From positions 3,136,001 through 3,200,000 of the forward strand of contig OY969474.1 of the NCBI GenBank assembly GCA_963700145.1: 64,000 bases of DNA, given 5' to 3'. Shown piece after piece: positions 29,219-42,230 of this stretch. The position numbers and the translations under genes were made by a program. Position 1 is the stretch's first letter. Each line of letters starts with the position of its first letter. The notes beneath the pieces are model-generated. The model was not told where the DNA came from and ran no database searches. It worked only from the letters and a program-made list of their open reading frames with translations. Source of the DNA: an uncultured Acidobacteriota bacterium. Its GTDB lineage: Bacteria; Acidobacteriota; Thermoanaerobaculia; Multivoradales; UBA5704.

Positions 29219-31177
29219 TCATTTGACTCCGGCGGCCGTTTGCAGAATCTCTTTCGCCATCTCCTCCAGCTCACGCTGGCTGATGTTGATTCCGATGATG
29301 TCGAAGTTGAGTTTCTCGGTGTCACGCAGACGCCGAGCTATGCCCTCACTCGGCACATCCTTCGGAAGGACTCCGAATATTTTTGTCTTGGAGACACTTC
29401 TTACCCACACAAGGTACTCGTCGTCGCCGATGAAGATGGTTGGTAGCGAGCCGTCCTCGAGTTGATCGAGCCGCTCGATGGTGCCCCGCGCCTGCCCGCC
29501 CAATTCCCCGAGCTTGTGCTCCTTTGCGACTTCTTTCTCGAACTGCTCGAGGCTGCCCTCAAACGGCTGACCAAGTTTCTCAGCCGCGAGCTTGGCCTTC
29601 GCCAGCCGCCGCTCCGCCACAGCCCGCAGCGCTGCGCGATCGGACGCGGTGACGTCGTACACGTATGAGAGCTCTCGCGCGACGGCCTTCCCAGCCTTCG
29701 TCTCATCCACCGCTAGAACCTCTATGACGCCCTGAATACGAGCGCTCTCATCGGCCGTGCGTTGGCCGTACCACTGCTGCCTGATCTCCTGCGACGGCAG
29801 TCTCCAGCCGACGATCCCGTCGCTCAGCTTGCGGCGATGGACGTCCGTGATCATGTATCCGGGGAAGTATTCGGCACGCCGCGCGGTGGCTGCGATGCCG
29901 AGCGCCTTGGCCCCGTGGATGTCCTGCAAGAGTCGCACGGTGCGGCTCTCCTTCAATTCCTCCAGGAGCTGCCCCTTTGCTTGCCCAATGGCCAGGCCCC
30001 TCTCCGTCTTGGCCGCGTCCACGACGCGCTTGAGCGCCAACTCGTCGAGTTCTTTGAGTAACGGGCGGCTCTCGCCGAGTTTGGCAAGGGCAGCGAGCAG
30101 CTTCTTGCGGGAGAGGGAAGCCGCGGGACCCAGCAGGCGACCGGCCGCCGCCGCCGAACCGCCCGGCTGCGAACCTTTCCCCACAAGCGAGGCGAGCGCC
30201 TTCTCCACGTCCTGCGCGAGCTGCGTCGGGAGCGGCTTTTCCGCCTTGAGCAGCTTGCCGGCCTCGCGCACAGCGCGCCGTACGGAGGGGTCAGCGGTGG
30301 CACGCTCACCCATGGTCACGATGAAGGCCCAATGCTGCGCGTCGCGCCCGTAGAGCCGCGCGAGACGCGAAGCGGTATAGAACGCGAACCCGCCCCGCGC
30401 GATGCGCCCGAGCGCCGGCAGCATCATGGCGATGCCGATGATCCCGCGTTCCTCCACGCTCAACTTGCGACAGAACAGATCGCGGCCAGTCGCCGCCTCG
30501 ATCAGCGCCATCGCGTTCCCGACGTACGGCAGGCACGACACGACGAAAGCGATGAGTTCGTCAAGGAGCGCCGGCTCCAGCTTGGTAATTGAGGAGACTT
30601 TGCCGAGCCCAAGGTCTTGCGCCGCTCGTAGCGAGACGACGACGTCCTGCCGCTCTTCCAAAACAGCCACCAAGCCGGCAACGGCCGACGCCTTGTAGAA
30701 GGTTGGGTCGTAGCGGTGCGCGGCCATGTACTCCTGGACGGCGACGAGGAACTCATTCCGGGCCTCCTGGACGCGCGGGTGTTCCTCGATGAAGTATCGC
30801 GTCTCGCAGTCTCCTTGGGTGTGCGCCTTGACGCTGAGAGACCGAAGCGTCGCCCCGACGGCCGCGGTGTACTCGTTCTGCTTCGCGATGACTTCGGCGT
30901 CGGTCGGCTCGTACTGCCGCAGGAGCTCCGCCGCGCGCCTGGCGGAGGCGCTCTGCCAGAGAAATGGGCCGCGGGAGCCCGGCTCCCGTGCCGAGGCATG
31001 CTCGTGGAAGTTGATGACCTCGGCCGGCCGGAGCCTTAGTTCTTCGTCCATCAGCTCAACGATGGTGCGGAGGAGCGCGATGCCGTAGGCGGTCTCCGAG
31101 CCGCCGGCGAGAGCAACGTGAAGTTTGGTGCGCGTTTCCTGGAGCGCGCGACGGTAGTCGTCGATCGTACTGGACAT
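29219..31177 (-). CDS. Putative polymorphic toxin: PT-TG domain plus C-terminal PD-(D/E)xK-like nuclease
   Basis: LPYVGNAMALIEAATGRDLFCRKLSVEER (pre-toxin TG pattern); KGQLLEEL...KLSDGI...VDETKAG...GQARGTIERL. Confidence 0.6.
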   Translation of the reverse strand: MSSTIDDYRRALQETRTKLHVALAGGSETAYGIALLRTIVELMDEELRLRPAEVINFHEHASAREPGSRGPFLWQSASARRAAELLRQYEPTDAEVIAKQNEYTAAVGATLRSLSVKAHTQGDCETRYFIEEHPRVQEARNEFLVAVQEYMAAHRYDPTFYKASAVAGLVAVLEERQDVVVSLRAAQDLGLGKVSSITKLEPALLDELIAFVVSCLPYVGNAMALIEAATGRDLFCRKLSVEERGIIGIAMMLPALGRIARGGFAFYTASRLARLYGRDAQHWAFIVTMGERATADPSVRRAVREAGKLLKAEKPLPTQLAQDVEKALASLVGKGSQPGGSAAAAGRLLGPAASLSRKKLLAALAKLGESRPLLKELDELALKRVVDAAKTERGLAIGQAKGQLLEELKESRTVRLLQDIHGAKALGIAATARRAEYFPGYMITDVHRRKLSDGIVGWRLPSQEIRQQWYGQRTADESARIQGVIEVLAVDETKAGKAVARELSYVYDVTASDRAALRAVAERRLAKAKLAAEKLGQPFEGSLEQFEKEVAKEHKLGELGGQARGTIERLDQLEDGSLPTIFIGDDEYLVWVRSVSKTKIFGVLPKDVPSEGIARRLRDTEKLNFDIIGINISQRELEEMAKEILQTAAGVK

Positions 31178-31215
31178 GGTTGGGTGGCGGGGCGTGGTTG
31201 CCACCGCCCGCCTTC

Positions 31216-34143
31216 TCAAGTGAACTTGGGCAGTCCGGCGTCCGGCTGGAGCCATACCAACGTTGTCGGGACGGTGAACTCCCAGGGTGTTCCTTCCGGA
31301 GTCGCGCCCGCGAGGTCGTCAGTCTGGTTGCGTATCTCTTCGGTAATCGAGATGTAGAGGTCGCTCCCGAGCGTGGGCCGCTCGCCCCCGTGCCAGACCT
31401 TTTTCCCCAGGTCCGTCTCCTTCGACTGAAGCAGGTACTGCACAGCATCAGCGTAAGGCATCGGCACCGGCACCACGACGCGTGCCGCTCCAGCGGTGAG
31501 GAAGCGGGCGAAAAGGGGGTCTGGATCCGACAGGTTGCTCACCTCGACCCAGTTCCTCTTCCGCCCCCAGAAGTACGGGTAGAACAGGTACGTCATCTGC
31601 TCCCACTCGAAGGCCTGCTCGAAGAACTGGACGATGCGACCCTCCGCGAGCGCCTCCAGCACTTGTACCTCGGGATGGTGCGCGGGCTTATCCGCTGGGT
31701 CCGTCATCGCGTTGAACTGCTTGAAGTGCTGCCCCGTCATCATGGTGATGCAAAGCTTTTTGAGTTCATCCTTCTCGATGGTCCTGTTCAGCCCGGGGTT
31801 CCGGCCCTCGATTGCGATCCCGCCGGCTGCCTCTGCCTGCGCGACCTTCTGGTCGTAGGCATTCTTCAGCGCTTGGTACGCAGCCTGAATCTTGTCGAAG
31901 GTCTGGAGCTGCCACTTTTGTAACGTCCGCTGCCCAGCGTCATCGCGCAAACAGACACCCTGGGCATTGACCGCGAAGCCTCTCACGTCGTAGGCCGCGA
32001 CAGTTACTCGGACGGCGCCTGTCCAATTGACCACTTGCTTCGGCGTCCCCTGCTCGTGAATGGTCATGTCCGGCACATCAGGGTCCGGCGGCCAAGGCTT
32101 GTGTAGAAGCAGGTGAGTGTCGGGGCCGATCTGTAGGCTGAAGCGACTGGCGTGTGCCGAAAGGATCGAGGCGGTGGCGCTGTAGTAGATCAGCACGTAC
32201 CCTTCGGGGACTAAGAAGTCCTTCGCCTCCATAGCGACCGCCTGCCCAAGACCCACCCCTTCCTTTATCAGCGAGATGCCGATGTACTTGTGGAGCTGCG
32301 GCGGCGGCGTCACTCCGGCGACGTTGTAGCGGCTGGCATAGAGGAGATAATCGGTCTCGGTGATATCTGCGACCGTGAGCGGCCCGTCAGACGTGTTGAG
32401 GAAGGCGGCCGGCGGCGTCGCATTCACCGACTTCAACGCGCGCCGGAGCTGCGAGGCCCGGAAGAAGGCGGCGGGCTCCGGCACGACGAACTCGAGCAGC
32501 AGGCGGACGCCGTAGTTGTAGACCTGCGCCCGGTATCGCTTGTCCACCCAACGGTAAACTCCGATCACGTGGTCAGCGCCGGGTTGTGCGTTGTCCACCA
32601 GATGAGTGTTAATCTCCTCGACTTCGTTCAAAGTCTTTGTCGTCCGCTCGGTTCGGGTCTTGATCTGCACTTTGCTGACGGACCGGTCCACTAGATCGCG
32701 CGCGAAGTTGCTGCTGCTCTTCTGCGAGTCCTGCTTTGAGGTCGAGTAGGCGAAGTCGCCAGTAGCCGTAGTGACGACGGGACCGAAAGAGGCGGTGACC
32801 GTGAGGCCCGCCTTGACGCTCATGTCTTCCTTGACCGTTTGTTCCGTCTCGCGCTTGAGCTCGAAGCGGTCCGTGGACTGCGTGTCGCGCTCGGTCTCCT
32901 TCGTCTCTTCCACGGAGGCGAACAGGGTCGTCTCCGTCCGGTCGAGTTTCCGATGCTTCCGTTCCTTTGATTCACCCTTGAGCACGTTCTCAATATGGGC
33001 GACTTCGCCGGGTAGGTAGGCAAGGAGCGTCTGCTTGACGACCTTAAGGTCGCCGACACCGAGCGGCGTGATGTGCCCCGCCACGTTCACGTCGGGCGAG
33101 GTGCCGGGATCGTCGAGCAGCGCGCTGATCTTCGGGCCTTCATACAGGGAGGGCACTAGGATGCCTCTCAGCTCCCGCACGTACCCTTGGTACTCCCGGT
33201 CGTCAGCGAGGATGATGGCCTGCTCGCTCAGCTTCATCAAGTGCGACTGCAGCGCCTGGGCAGCATCAGTGACGGGCGATGTCTCGGCCACGCGTAACCG
33301 ATCCAGGATTGCCGCCTGCTCGCGAGAGATTTGGCCGGACAGCGCGTGATGCAGCGCTGGCGCGTTGCGCAGGTCGAACTCGCTGCGTACCCATCCGCCG
33401 GTCTGTTCTGTCGGGCCCGCGATCACCCGGGCAGTAAGGGCAGGCGCGGTCGCCACAGTCGCGAGCAGCCGCTCTGTGGCGTCGATCTCCTTTGCGAGCT
33501 CGCGCAGCCGAGTGCTGCGCTCTGGGTTGTTGGCTTCCCTAGGGCCGCCCTGGGCCGTAACACCCGTTGTGCCGGGCGCTGCCCCTGCTGGGAGCCGGAT
33601 GGAGTCATCGAACACGGTCGGAATTGCGGGTGTGGCGCGGAGTGCTTCCAGCGCTGCGGTCGGAGCGGGGTACTGGTCCTCGTCGAGGAGACGGGCGAAG
33701 TGCAGAACCCGAAGAGCTGCGATCGGCTTCTCAAGCAGCGGCCCGGCATCCGGCCCGGTAAGGTGGGCTGTGTAGAGCGCATCCCACGCGACGCGGAGAA
33801 GTTGCGGGTCGCGACCGGTGCGCGCGCGCGGCGCAGCCTCATTGAGCAATTCCCTCCCGTCGGGCGCGTGCTCGTCAGCGCTGAAGTTCTCATAGCGCAG
33901 CACAAGCTCGCGATGCGCCTCCGCCAGCGACTCGATTGGTGAGAGATCGAGTTCCCGCCAGCGCCCCGGGGCTACGCCGGAGTGCGATAGCTCGCGGGCG
34001 AGCTGCGCCAGCTTGACCGCGCCGTCCGGATTGTCGGCGCGCTCGTCGCGAATGATGGTACGGCGCGTCTCTTTCTCCGTGACGCGTTGCGCGGGACGAA
34101 CGGCAACGAACTTGAACAGGTCCGTTGTAATCGGCTCGGCCAT
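31216..34143 (-). CDS. Large (975 aa) uncharacterised protein, possible pore-forming/translocase component
   Basis: GGAGG RBS before ATG 34143; GVGDLKVVKQ...GEVAHIENVLKGE...VYRWVDKRYRAQVYNYG...FFEQAFEWEQMTYLFYPYFW; Ser/Thr-rich amphipathic segment. Confidence 0.7.
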   Translation of the reverse strand: MAEPITTDLFKFVAVRPAQRVTEKETRRTIIRDERADNPDGAVKLAQLARELSHSGVAPGRWRELDLSPIESLAEAHRELVLRYENFSADEHAPDGRELLNEAAPRARTGRDPQLLRVAWDALYTAHLTGPDAGPLLEKPIAALRVLHFARLLDEDQYPAPTAALEALRATPAIPTVFDDSIRLPAGAAPGTTGVTAQGGPREANNPERSTRLRELAKEIDATERLLATVATAPALTARVIAGPTEQTGGWVRSEFDLRNAPALHHALSGQISREQAAILDRLRVAETSPVTDAAQALQSHLMKLSEQAIILADDREYQGYVRELRGILVPSLYEGPKISALLDDPGTSPDVNVAGHITPLGVGDLKVVKQTLLAYLPGEVAHIENVLKGESKERKHRKLDRTETTLFASVEETKETERDTQSTDRFELKRETEQTVKEDMSVKAGLTVTASFGPVVTTATGDFAYSTSKQDSQKSSSNFARDLVDRSVSKVQIKTRTERTTKTLNEVEEINTHLVDNAQPGADHVIGVYRWVDKRYRAQVYNYGVRLLLEFVVPEPAAFFRASQLRRALKSVNATPPAAFLNTSDGPLTVADITETDYLLYASRYNVAGVTPPPQLHKYIGISLIKEGVGLGQAVAMEAKDFLVPEGYVLIYYSATASILSAHASRFSLQIGPDTHLLLHKPWPPDPDVPDMTIHEQGTPKQVVNWTGAVRVTVAAYDVRGFAVNAQGVCLRDDAGQRTLQKWQLQTFDKIQAAYQALKNAYDQKVAQAEAAGGIAIEGRNPGLNRTIEKDELKKLCITMMTGQHFKQFNAMTDPADKPAHHPEVQVLEALAEGRIVQFFEQAFEWEQMTYLFYPYFWGRKRNWVEVSNLSDPDPLFARFLTAGAARVVVPVPMPYADAVQYLLQSKETDLGKKVWHGGERPTLGSDLYISITEEIRNQTDDLAGATPEGTPWEFTVPTTLVWLQPDAGLPKFT

Positions 34144-34244
34144 ATGATGTCCTCCATCGTCTCGATGCTGGACAGCCAAAGAGGAACTTTCAGGAGCCTG
34201 GAAGCGACCACTGCAGCTACCGCGAGTAGTGAGTAAAGTTTCAA

Positions 34245-34322
34245 ACCTCGAGGTCCGCGTCCCCACTGTCGCCGACCCGGCGCTTGCCCCGGCGGGACAT
34301 CACGTCGTCTCGGATCCTCGCC
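34245..34322 (+). repeat. Diverged direct copy of 28515-28591 (internal fragment of the second oxidoreductase gene)
   Basis: Both copies encode LEVRVPTVADPALAPAGHHVVS; six substitutions and a 1-nt insertion. Confidence 0.92.
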
Positions 34323-34470
34323 GCCGGTCCCGTAAGGCGCAAGAAACATTCCGCGTTGGCCTTCACTCCACTCACGCGGGATCGCGAGGTGAAAACCGGC
34401 AGGCGGCGTCGAGAACTCCGGTCCAAGCCCTCAATGTCTTACAATTGCAGCAGACTCCCGAGCTTTTCTC

Positions 34471-35052
34471 ATGAGCGCAGGCGCTGCCCCCGACGACGTC
34501 ACAGGTCTCCTCTTTGCCTGGTCGCAGGGCGACCGCGCCGCGCTCGACCGGCTAGTGCCGCTCGTCGAGCGCGAGCTGCAGCTCCTCGCGCACCGCTACC
34601 TGCGCCGGGAACGCACGGACCACACGCTGCAAACCACCGCGCTGGTCAACGAGGCCTATCTGCGCCTCGTCGATCAGCGCGAGCCACGCTGGCAGAGCCG
34701 CGCGCACTTCTTCGGCATCGCGGCGCAGATGATGCGGCGCATTCTCATCGACCACGCTCGCAAGGTCGCCTACGCCAAGCGCGGCGGTGGTGCGCAGAAG
34801 GTCTCGCTCGACGAGGCATGCTTGCTCGCAGAAAGCCGCGCGTCCGAGCTCGTGGCGCTCGACGATGCGCTTACCACGCTCGCCCGGGTGGACGAGCGCA
34901 AGAGCCGGGTGGTGGAGCTGCGCTACTTCGGCGGCCTCAGCGTCGACGAAGCAGCGGAGGTCCTCGGCGTCCACCCTGACACCATCACCCGCGAGTGGCG
35001 GCGGGCGAAGACCTTCCTCCGCCGCGAGCTCGAAGCCGACGGCGGCGGTTGA
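34471..35052 (+). CDS. ECF sigma factor (TIGR02999-type, kinase-associated)
   Basis: [47 protein letters not shown]. Confidence 0.92.
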   Translation: MSAGAAPDDVTGLLFAWSQGDRAALDRLVPLVERELQLLAHRYLRRERTDHTLQTTALVNEAYLRLVDQREPRWQSRAHFFGIAAQMMRRILIDHARKVAYAKRGGGAQKVSLDEACLLAESRASELVALDDALTTLARVDERKSRVVELRYFGGLSVDEAAEVLGVHPDTITREWRRAKTFLRRELEADGGG

Positions 35053-35059
35053 GCCGCCG

Positions 35060-37933
<2,874 letters not shown>

Positions 37934-37965
37934 CCCGTCCGCTCGCGTCGCCCTGCGCTAGCGGT

Positions 37966-39453
37966 CTACTGGCCCGCGGCGTGGGCGGCGAGCGGGAACG
38001 AGATCGTCTGGTCCTTCAGCTCGCGGGTGTCCAGCACCGAGTTCCTCGCGTCGCAGTTGCAGTTGAGGATGTTGCAGTCGGTGGAGAAGTTGGTGAGGCG
38101 GGCCTGGCTCTCCTCGAGCAGGAGGCTCACCGAGAGGTCGATTCCCTGCAGCCCCTGGCGCCGGCCGCCGGGCAGGCGGTAGATCGCGTACTGCTTGCTC
38201 TCCATCGCGCCGCGCTGGACGGGATAGGGCATCTGCAGGAGGTTGTCGCAGTTCGTCGACGGCCCGCCGTAGGCCCGGAGGTCGTTCACCGTCCGCATCT
38301 GGGGCATCTCGAAGCGCCAGCCGGCGACCTCGGTGGCGGGGTTGCTGATCCCCACCAACGTGGCGTCCTTGATCGTCACCTTGCTGCTGCGGCTGAACTC
38401 GGCTCCGGCGCTCAGCTCGACACCCCCCTTCGCGCCCTTGTCGTCGTAGCCGGCGGTGACCTTGCCGCCGAGGGAGAACTTGCTGCTGTAGGTGTACTCG
38501 TCCTGCACGCGGTCGGAGTCCGGGCCGTAGTAGACGAGCTCGAGGCCGTTGGTCTTCGGCGCCACCTTCACTTGCACCTTGGTCGCGAAGCGGTCCCGCT
38601 TGCACGAGGACTTCACGATCGCCCGGCAGTGGGTGTCGTTCTTTTCCCACTCGTCCCAGGGAAAGGCCGCGCTGTAGGTCGCGAAGTTCAACGGCTGCGA
38701 CGTCGTGGTGAGCTCGAAGATGTACCAGTCCTCGTTCTGCGCGGGGGAGTAGGCCGCCCACGACTTCACGACCGTGGCCATGCTCCCCTGGTCGAACTGG
38801 AAGCTGACCTTGCGCACGATCGCGCTGGTGAGATCGTCGATCGCCGGCCGGCCGCCCTCCTTGGCGGCCGTCAGCGCCCGGCGCGCCGGCGCGTCGGCCT
38901 GCGGCGCCTCGCGGACCCATTCCGCGATCGACGCCACCAGCGCCGCGTCTTCGGCCTTCTCCTCCGCCGCCGGCCCGTCGCCGTCGTCGAAGGCGACCCA
39001 GAACTCGGCCGTATCGGCCGCGGCGCCGCCCCGGCGCTGGAGCCCGATGGCTTCCAGCCGGGGCTCGCCGGAGGAGGGGTTGCGTGCCGACACACCCTCC
39101 GGGAGGTCGACCTCCCCGCCGGTCACCTCGTCGAGGAAGCCCTGCGTCTCGGCCGTCGGCTCCACGACGACCACCGGCAGGCCGGCTTCGTAGGCGGCCT
39201 TGATGCCGGCCACCGCGGTGCCGAGCCCGGCGCCGTCGCTGCCGTCGACGACGATCGGATGCTGGAGCCGCCCCTTCTCCGGCAGCGCGACGCTCTCGAA
39301 GGCCGACCCGAGCTCGTCGGCGATCCGCGCGAAGAGGTCCTTCTCCACGTGCGCCTTGATCTTCGCCGTCTCCTGCCCCCCCGCCGGGGAGACGACGAGC
39401 AGCCAAGCCAGACACAGCCACAGCGTTCTCGAAGACAAGCTACGAGTCGACAT
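37966..39453 (-). CDS. Secreted leukocidin/hemolysin-family beta-pore-forming toxin-like protein
   Basis: Signal peptide, GGAGGGAG RBS; YYGPDS...YTYSSKFSLGGKVTAGYDDKGAKGGVELSAGAEFSRSSKVTIKD stem-like hairpin. Confidence 0.65.
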   Translation of the reverse strand: MSTRSLSSRTLWLCLAWLLVVSPAGGQETAKIKAHVEKDLFARIADELGSAFESVALPEKGRLQHPIVVDGSDGAGLGTAVAGIKAAYEAGLPVVVVEPTAETQGFLDEVTGGEVDLPEGVSARNPSSGEPRLEAIGLQRRGGAAADTAEFWVAFDDGDGPAAEEKAEDAALVASIAEWVREAPQADAPARRALTAAKEGGRPAIDDLTSAIVRKVSFQFDQGSMATVVKSWAAYSPAQNEDWYIFELTTTSQPLNFATYSAAFPWDEWEKNDTHCRAIVKSSCKRDRFATKVQVKVAPKTNGLELVYYGPDSDRVQDEYTYSSKFSLGGKVTAGYDDKGAKGGVELSAGAEFSRSSKVTIKDATLVGISNPATEVAGWRFEMPQMRTVNDLRAYGGPSTNCDNLLQMPYPVQRGAMESKQYAIYRLPGGRRQGLQGIDLSVSLLLEESQARLTNFSTDCNILNCNCDARNSVLDTRELKDQTISFPLAAHAAGQ

Positions 39454-39621
39454 TCTCCCTCCCTTTGACGGCCTTGCGGCCGAGCTGGATTGGCCGCCTA
39501 GCCTAACAATCTCGGCGGCCTGGCCCGAACCCTGAACGATCCACAGGCCGGGGGATTTGCGCGAACCGAATAGCCGGCCCGTGTTACAGTGCAACCGAAT
39601 CTTCCAACAGGGAGAGTTTTC

Positions 39622-42189
39622 TTGACCTTGATCGGCTCGATGGTGGGCCGTATCCGTGTGGAATCACTGCTCGGGCAGGGCGGCATGGGGGAGGTCTACG
39701 TCGGCTACGACGAGACGCTCGACCGCCGTGTCGCGCTCAAGTCGATCCTCGCCGACCGGCGGCTGCACGCCGACGCCAAGGCGCGCTTCCTGCGCGAGGC
39801 GCGGGTCCTGTCGCAGCTCGATCACCCGAACATCTGCCGCATCTACGACTACCTCGGGTGGGGCGAGCGCGACTTCCTGGTGCTCGAGCTGATCGCCGGG
39901 CGCAATCTTCAGACCGCGATCCGGGAGGGGCTCGCCCGCGACCAGCAGCTGCGCATAGCCGAGCAGATCGCCGCGGCGCTGGTGGCGGCGCACGCCGAAG
40001 GGGTGGTCCACCGCGACCTCAAGCCGGGCAACGTGATGCTGACCGAAGCGGGCGAGGTCAAGGTGCTGGACTTCGGCATCTCGCGGTCGCTGCGCGAGCG
40101 GCCGGCACCGCCGCCTCCCGTCCCGGCGGAGCGATCGCTCGAGCCGGCGTTGCCGCCCACGGAGCTGGCGCGCGGCGGCCCCCCGCGGGCGCCGGCATTG
40201 GCGGCGCCGACCTTCGTCGAAACCACCGGCGCGACGCTCGCGGAGATGCGCTTGCCCCGCCCGGAGGCAGGCACGGCCAAGGACGACGAGTGGCTGGAGA
40301 CCGAGGGCGGGAAGATCACGGGCACCATCGCCTACATGAGCCCCGAGCAGGCGCGCGGCGAGCCGGCCACCACGGCCAGCGACCTGTACTCCTTCGGGCT
40401 GCTGCTCCAGGCGCTGTTCACCGGCCGCCTCCCCCACCCGGCGGGCCTCGACAGCACCGAGCTCCTGGCGCGCGCGCAGCGCGCCGAGACGCTGCCGGTC
40501 GCCGGCCTCCCCAAGGAGCTGGCGGCGCTCGTGGAGCGGCTGAAGGCCGTCGCCCCGGCGTCGCGCCCGACCGCGATGGAAGCCGCGGCGCGGCTACGCT
40601 GGATCCGCGACGCGCCCAAGCGCCGGCTGCGCCGCCTGGCGGCCGCCGCCGTCCTCCTCGTCGCCGTCCTGGGCGGGGTCAAGTACACCCTGGACTTGCG
40701 GCGCGAGCGCGGCATCGCCGTCGCCGCGCGCCAGGAGGCGGAGCGCCGCCGCGACCAGGCCGAGGACCTGATCCAGTTCATGCTCGGCGACCTGCGCGGG
40801 CGGCTCGAGCCGGTGGGCCGCCTCGACGCCCTCGACGGCGTGGCGGACAAGGCCCTCGACTACTTCGCCACCCTGCGCTCGGAGGAGCTGACCGACGCCG
40901 ATCTCTTCCGCCGCTCGCGGGCGCTGACCCAGATCGGCGAGGTGCGGACCGCGCAGGGGAACCTGCCGGCGGCGCGGCGCTCGCTGCTCGAGGCCCACGC
41001 CCTGGCGCGGGACCTGGTCGCCCGGCAGCCCGACAACGGCGAGTGGCTGATGGGGCTGGGGGCGATCGAGTTCTGGATCGGCAACGTCCACTGGCTGCAG
41101 GGGGACCTGGCGGCCGCCGAGGACCGCTTCGAGGCCTACCTCGACGTCGCCGACCGCCTGGTGCGGCTCGACGACGTCAAGCCCGACTGGCGGCTCGAGC
41201 AGGCCTACGCGCACAGCAACCTGGGCTCGGTGCAGGAGGCGCGGGGGGACGTCGACGGAGCGCTCGCGCACTTCCACCAGACGGTCGCCGTCAAGCGCCA
41301 GCTCGTGCGCTCCGATCCCGCCAACGCGCGCTGGCAGAAGGAGCTCGCCAGCAGCCTCTCCTGGCTCGGCGAGGCGCTCCTCGGCCGCGGCGACCTGGCC
41401 GGGGCGAGCGAGCAGTACGAAGCGGGCCGGGCGGTGGTCGCGCGGCTCGCCGCTCTCGAGCCCGAGAACGCGCAGTACCAATTTCTGCTCGGCATCGCCC
41501 ACAACAAGCTCGGGTCGGTCCTCGAGAGCCTCGGCGCGGAGGCGGAGGCGCACCGGCAGTTCGAGCTGAGCCTCGCCGTGCACCGGCGGCTGGCCGAGCT
41601 CGACCCGGCCAACGCCGACTGGCGCCGCGAGCTCGCCGCCGCGCAGCAGCGGCTGGGTGTGGCCCTCGTCCACGGCGATGCGGCCGCCGGGCTGCGCCAC
41701 CTGCGGCGCGCCGCGCAGAGCCTCGGCGAGCTGCATCGGGCCGACGTCTCGAACACCGAGCGGCGGCTCGATTTCGTGCGCGCCCGCAAAGACCTGGGCC
41801 GCGGTCTGCTCGCCGCCGGCGACGCGGCCGCGGCCGCCGCGGAGGTGCGGGCGGCCCTCGCCGCGCTCCCGCCGATGGCGGCGGCGAGCGCCGACGACCG
41901 CCGGCGGCGGATCCTCGAAGCCGAGGCACTGGTGGTGCTCGGCGAGGCCGCGAGCGCCGCCGGGCGCACCGGCGAGGCCCATGCCGCCTGGCAGCAGGCC
42001 GCGGCCGTCCTGGAGCCGCTGGCCGCCGGCGGTCACGACCCGCGGGTGCTCGCGCCGTTTGCCCACGCCCTGCTGCGGCTCGGCCGGCGGGAGGAGGCGC
42101 GGCCCGCCGTCGAGCGGCTGCGGAGCAGCGGCTACCGGCGCCGGGACTTCCCGGCGGCGGCGCGGCAGCAGGCTTCTCAGAGCAGTTGA
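39622..42189 (+). CDS. Ser/Thr protein kinase with TM and TPR repeats
   Basis: LGQGGMGEVY, HRDLKPGN, DFG, YMSPEQ; TPR-rich C-terminus. Confidence 0.92.
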   Translation: MTLIGSMVGRIRVESLLGQGGMGEVYVGYDETLDRRVALKSILADRRLHADAKARFLREARVLSQLDHPNICRIYDYLGWGERDFLVLELIAGRNLQTAIREGLARDQQLRIAEQIAAALVAAHAEGVVHRDLKPGNVMLTEAGEVKVLDFGISRSLRERPAPPPPVPAERSLEPALPPTELARGGPPRAPALAAPTFVETTGATLAEMRLPRPEAGTAKDDEWLETEGGKITGTIAYMSPEQARGEPATTASDLYSFGLLLQALFTGRLPHPAGLDSTELLARAQRAETLPVAGLPKELAALVERLKAVAPASRPTAMEAAARLRWIRDAPKRRLRRLAAAAVLLVAVLGGVKYTLDLRRERGIAVAARQEAERRRDQAEDLIQFMLGDLRGRLEPVGRLDALDGVADKALDYFATLRSEELTDADLFRRSRALTQIGEVRTAQGNLPAARRSLLEAHALARDLVARQPDNGEWLMGLGAIEFWIGNVHWLQGDLAAAEDRFEAYLDVADRLVRLDDVKPDWRLEQAYAHSNLGSVQEARGDVDGALAHFHQTVAVKRQLVRSDPANARWQKELASSLSWLGEALLGRGDLAGASEQYEAGRAVVARLAALEPENAQYQFLLGIAHNKLGSVLESLGAEAEAHRQFELSLAVHRRLAELDPANADWRRELAAAQQRLGVALVHGDAAAGLRHLRRAAQSLGELHRADVSNTERRLDFVRARKDLGRGLLAAGDAAAAAAEVRAALAALPPMAAASADDRRRRILEAEALVVLGEAASAAGRTGEAHAAWQQAAAVLEPLAAGGHDPRVLAPFAHALLRLGRREEARPAVERLRSSGYRRRDFPAAARQQASQSS

Positions 42190-42230
42190 AACCCACGCCC
42201 GCTCGCGCGGGCTTTTCAAGAGGAGAGCAG

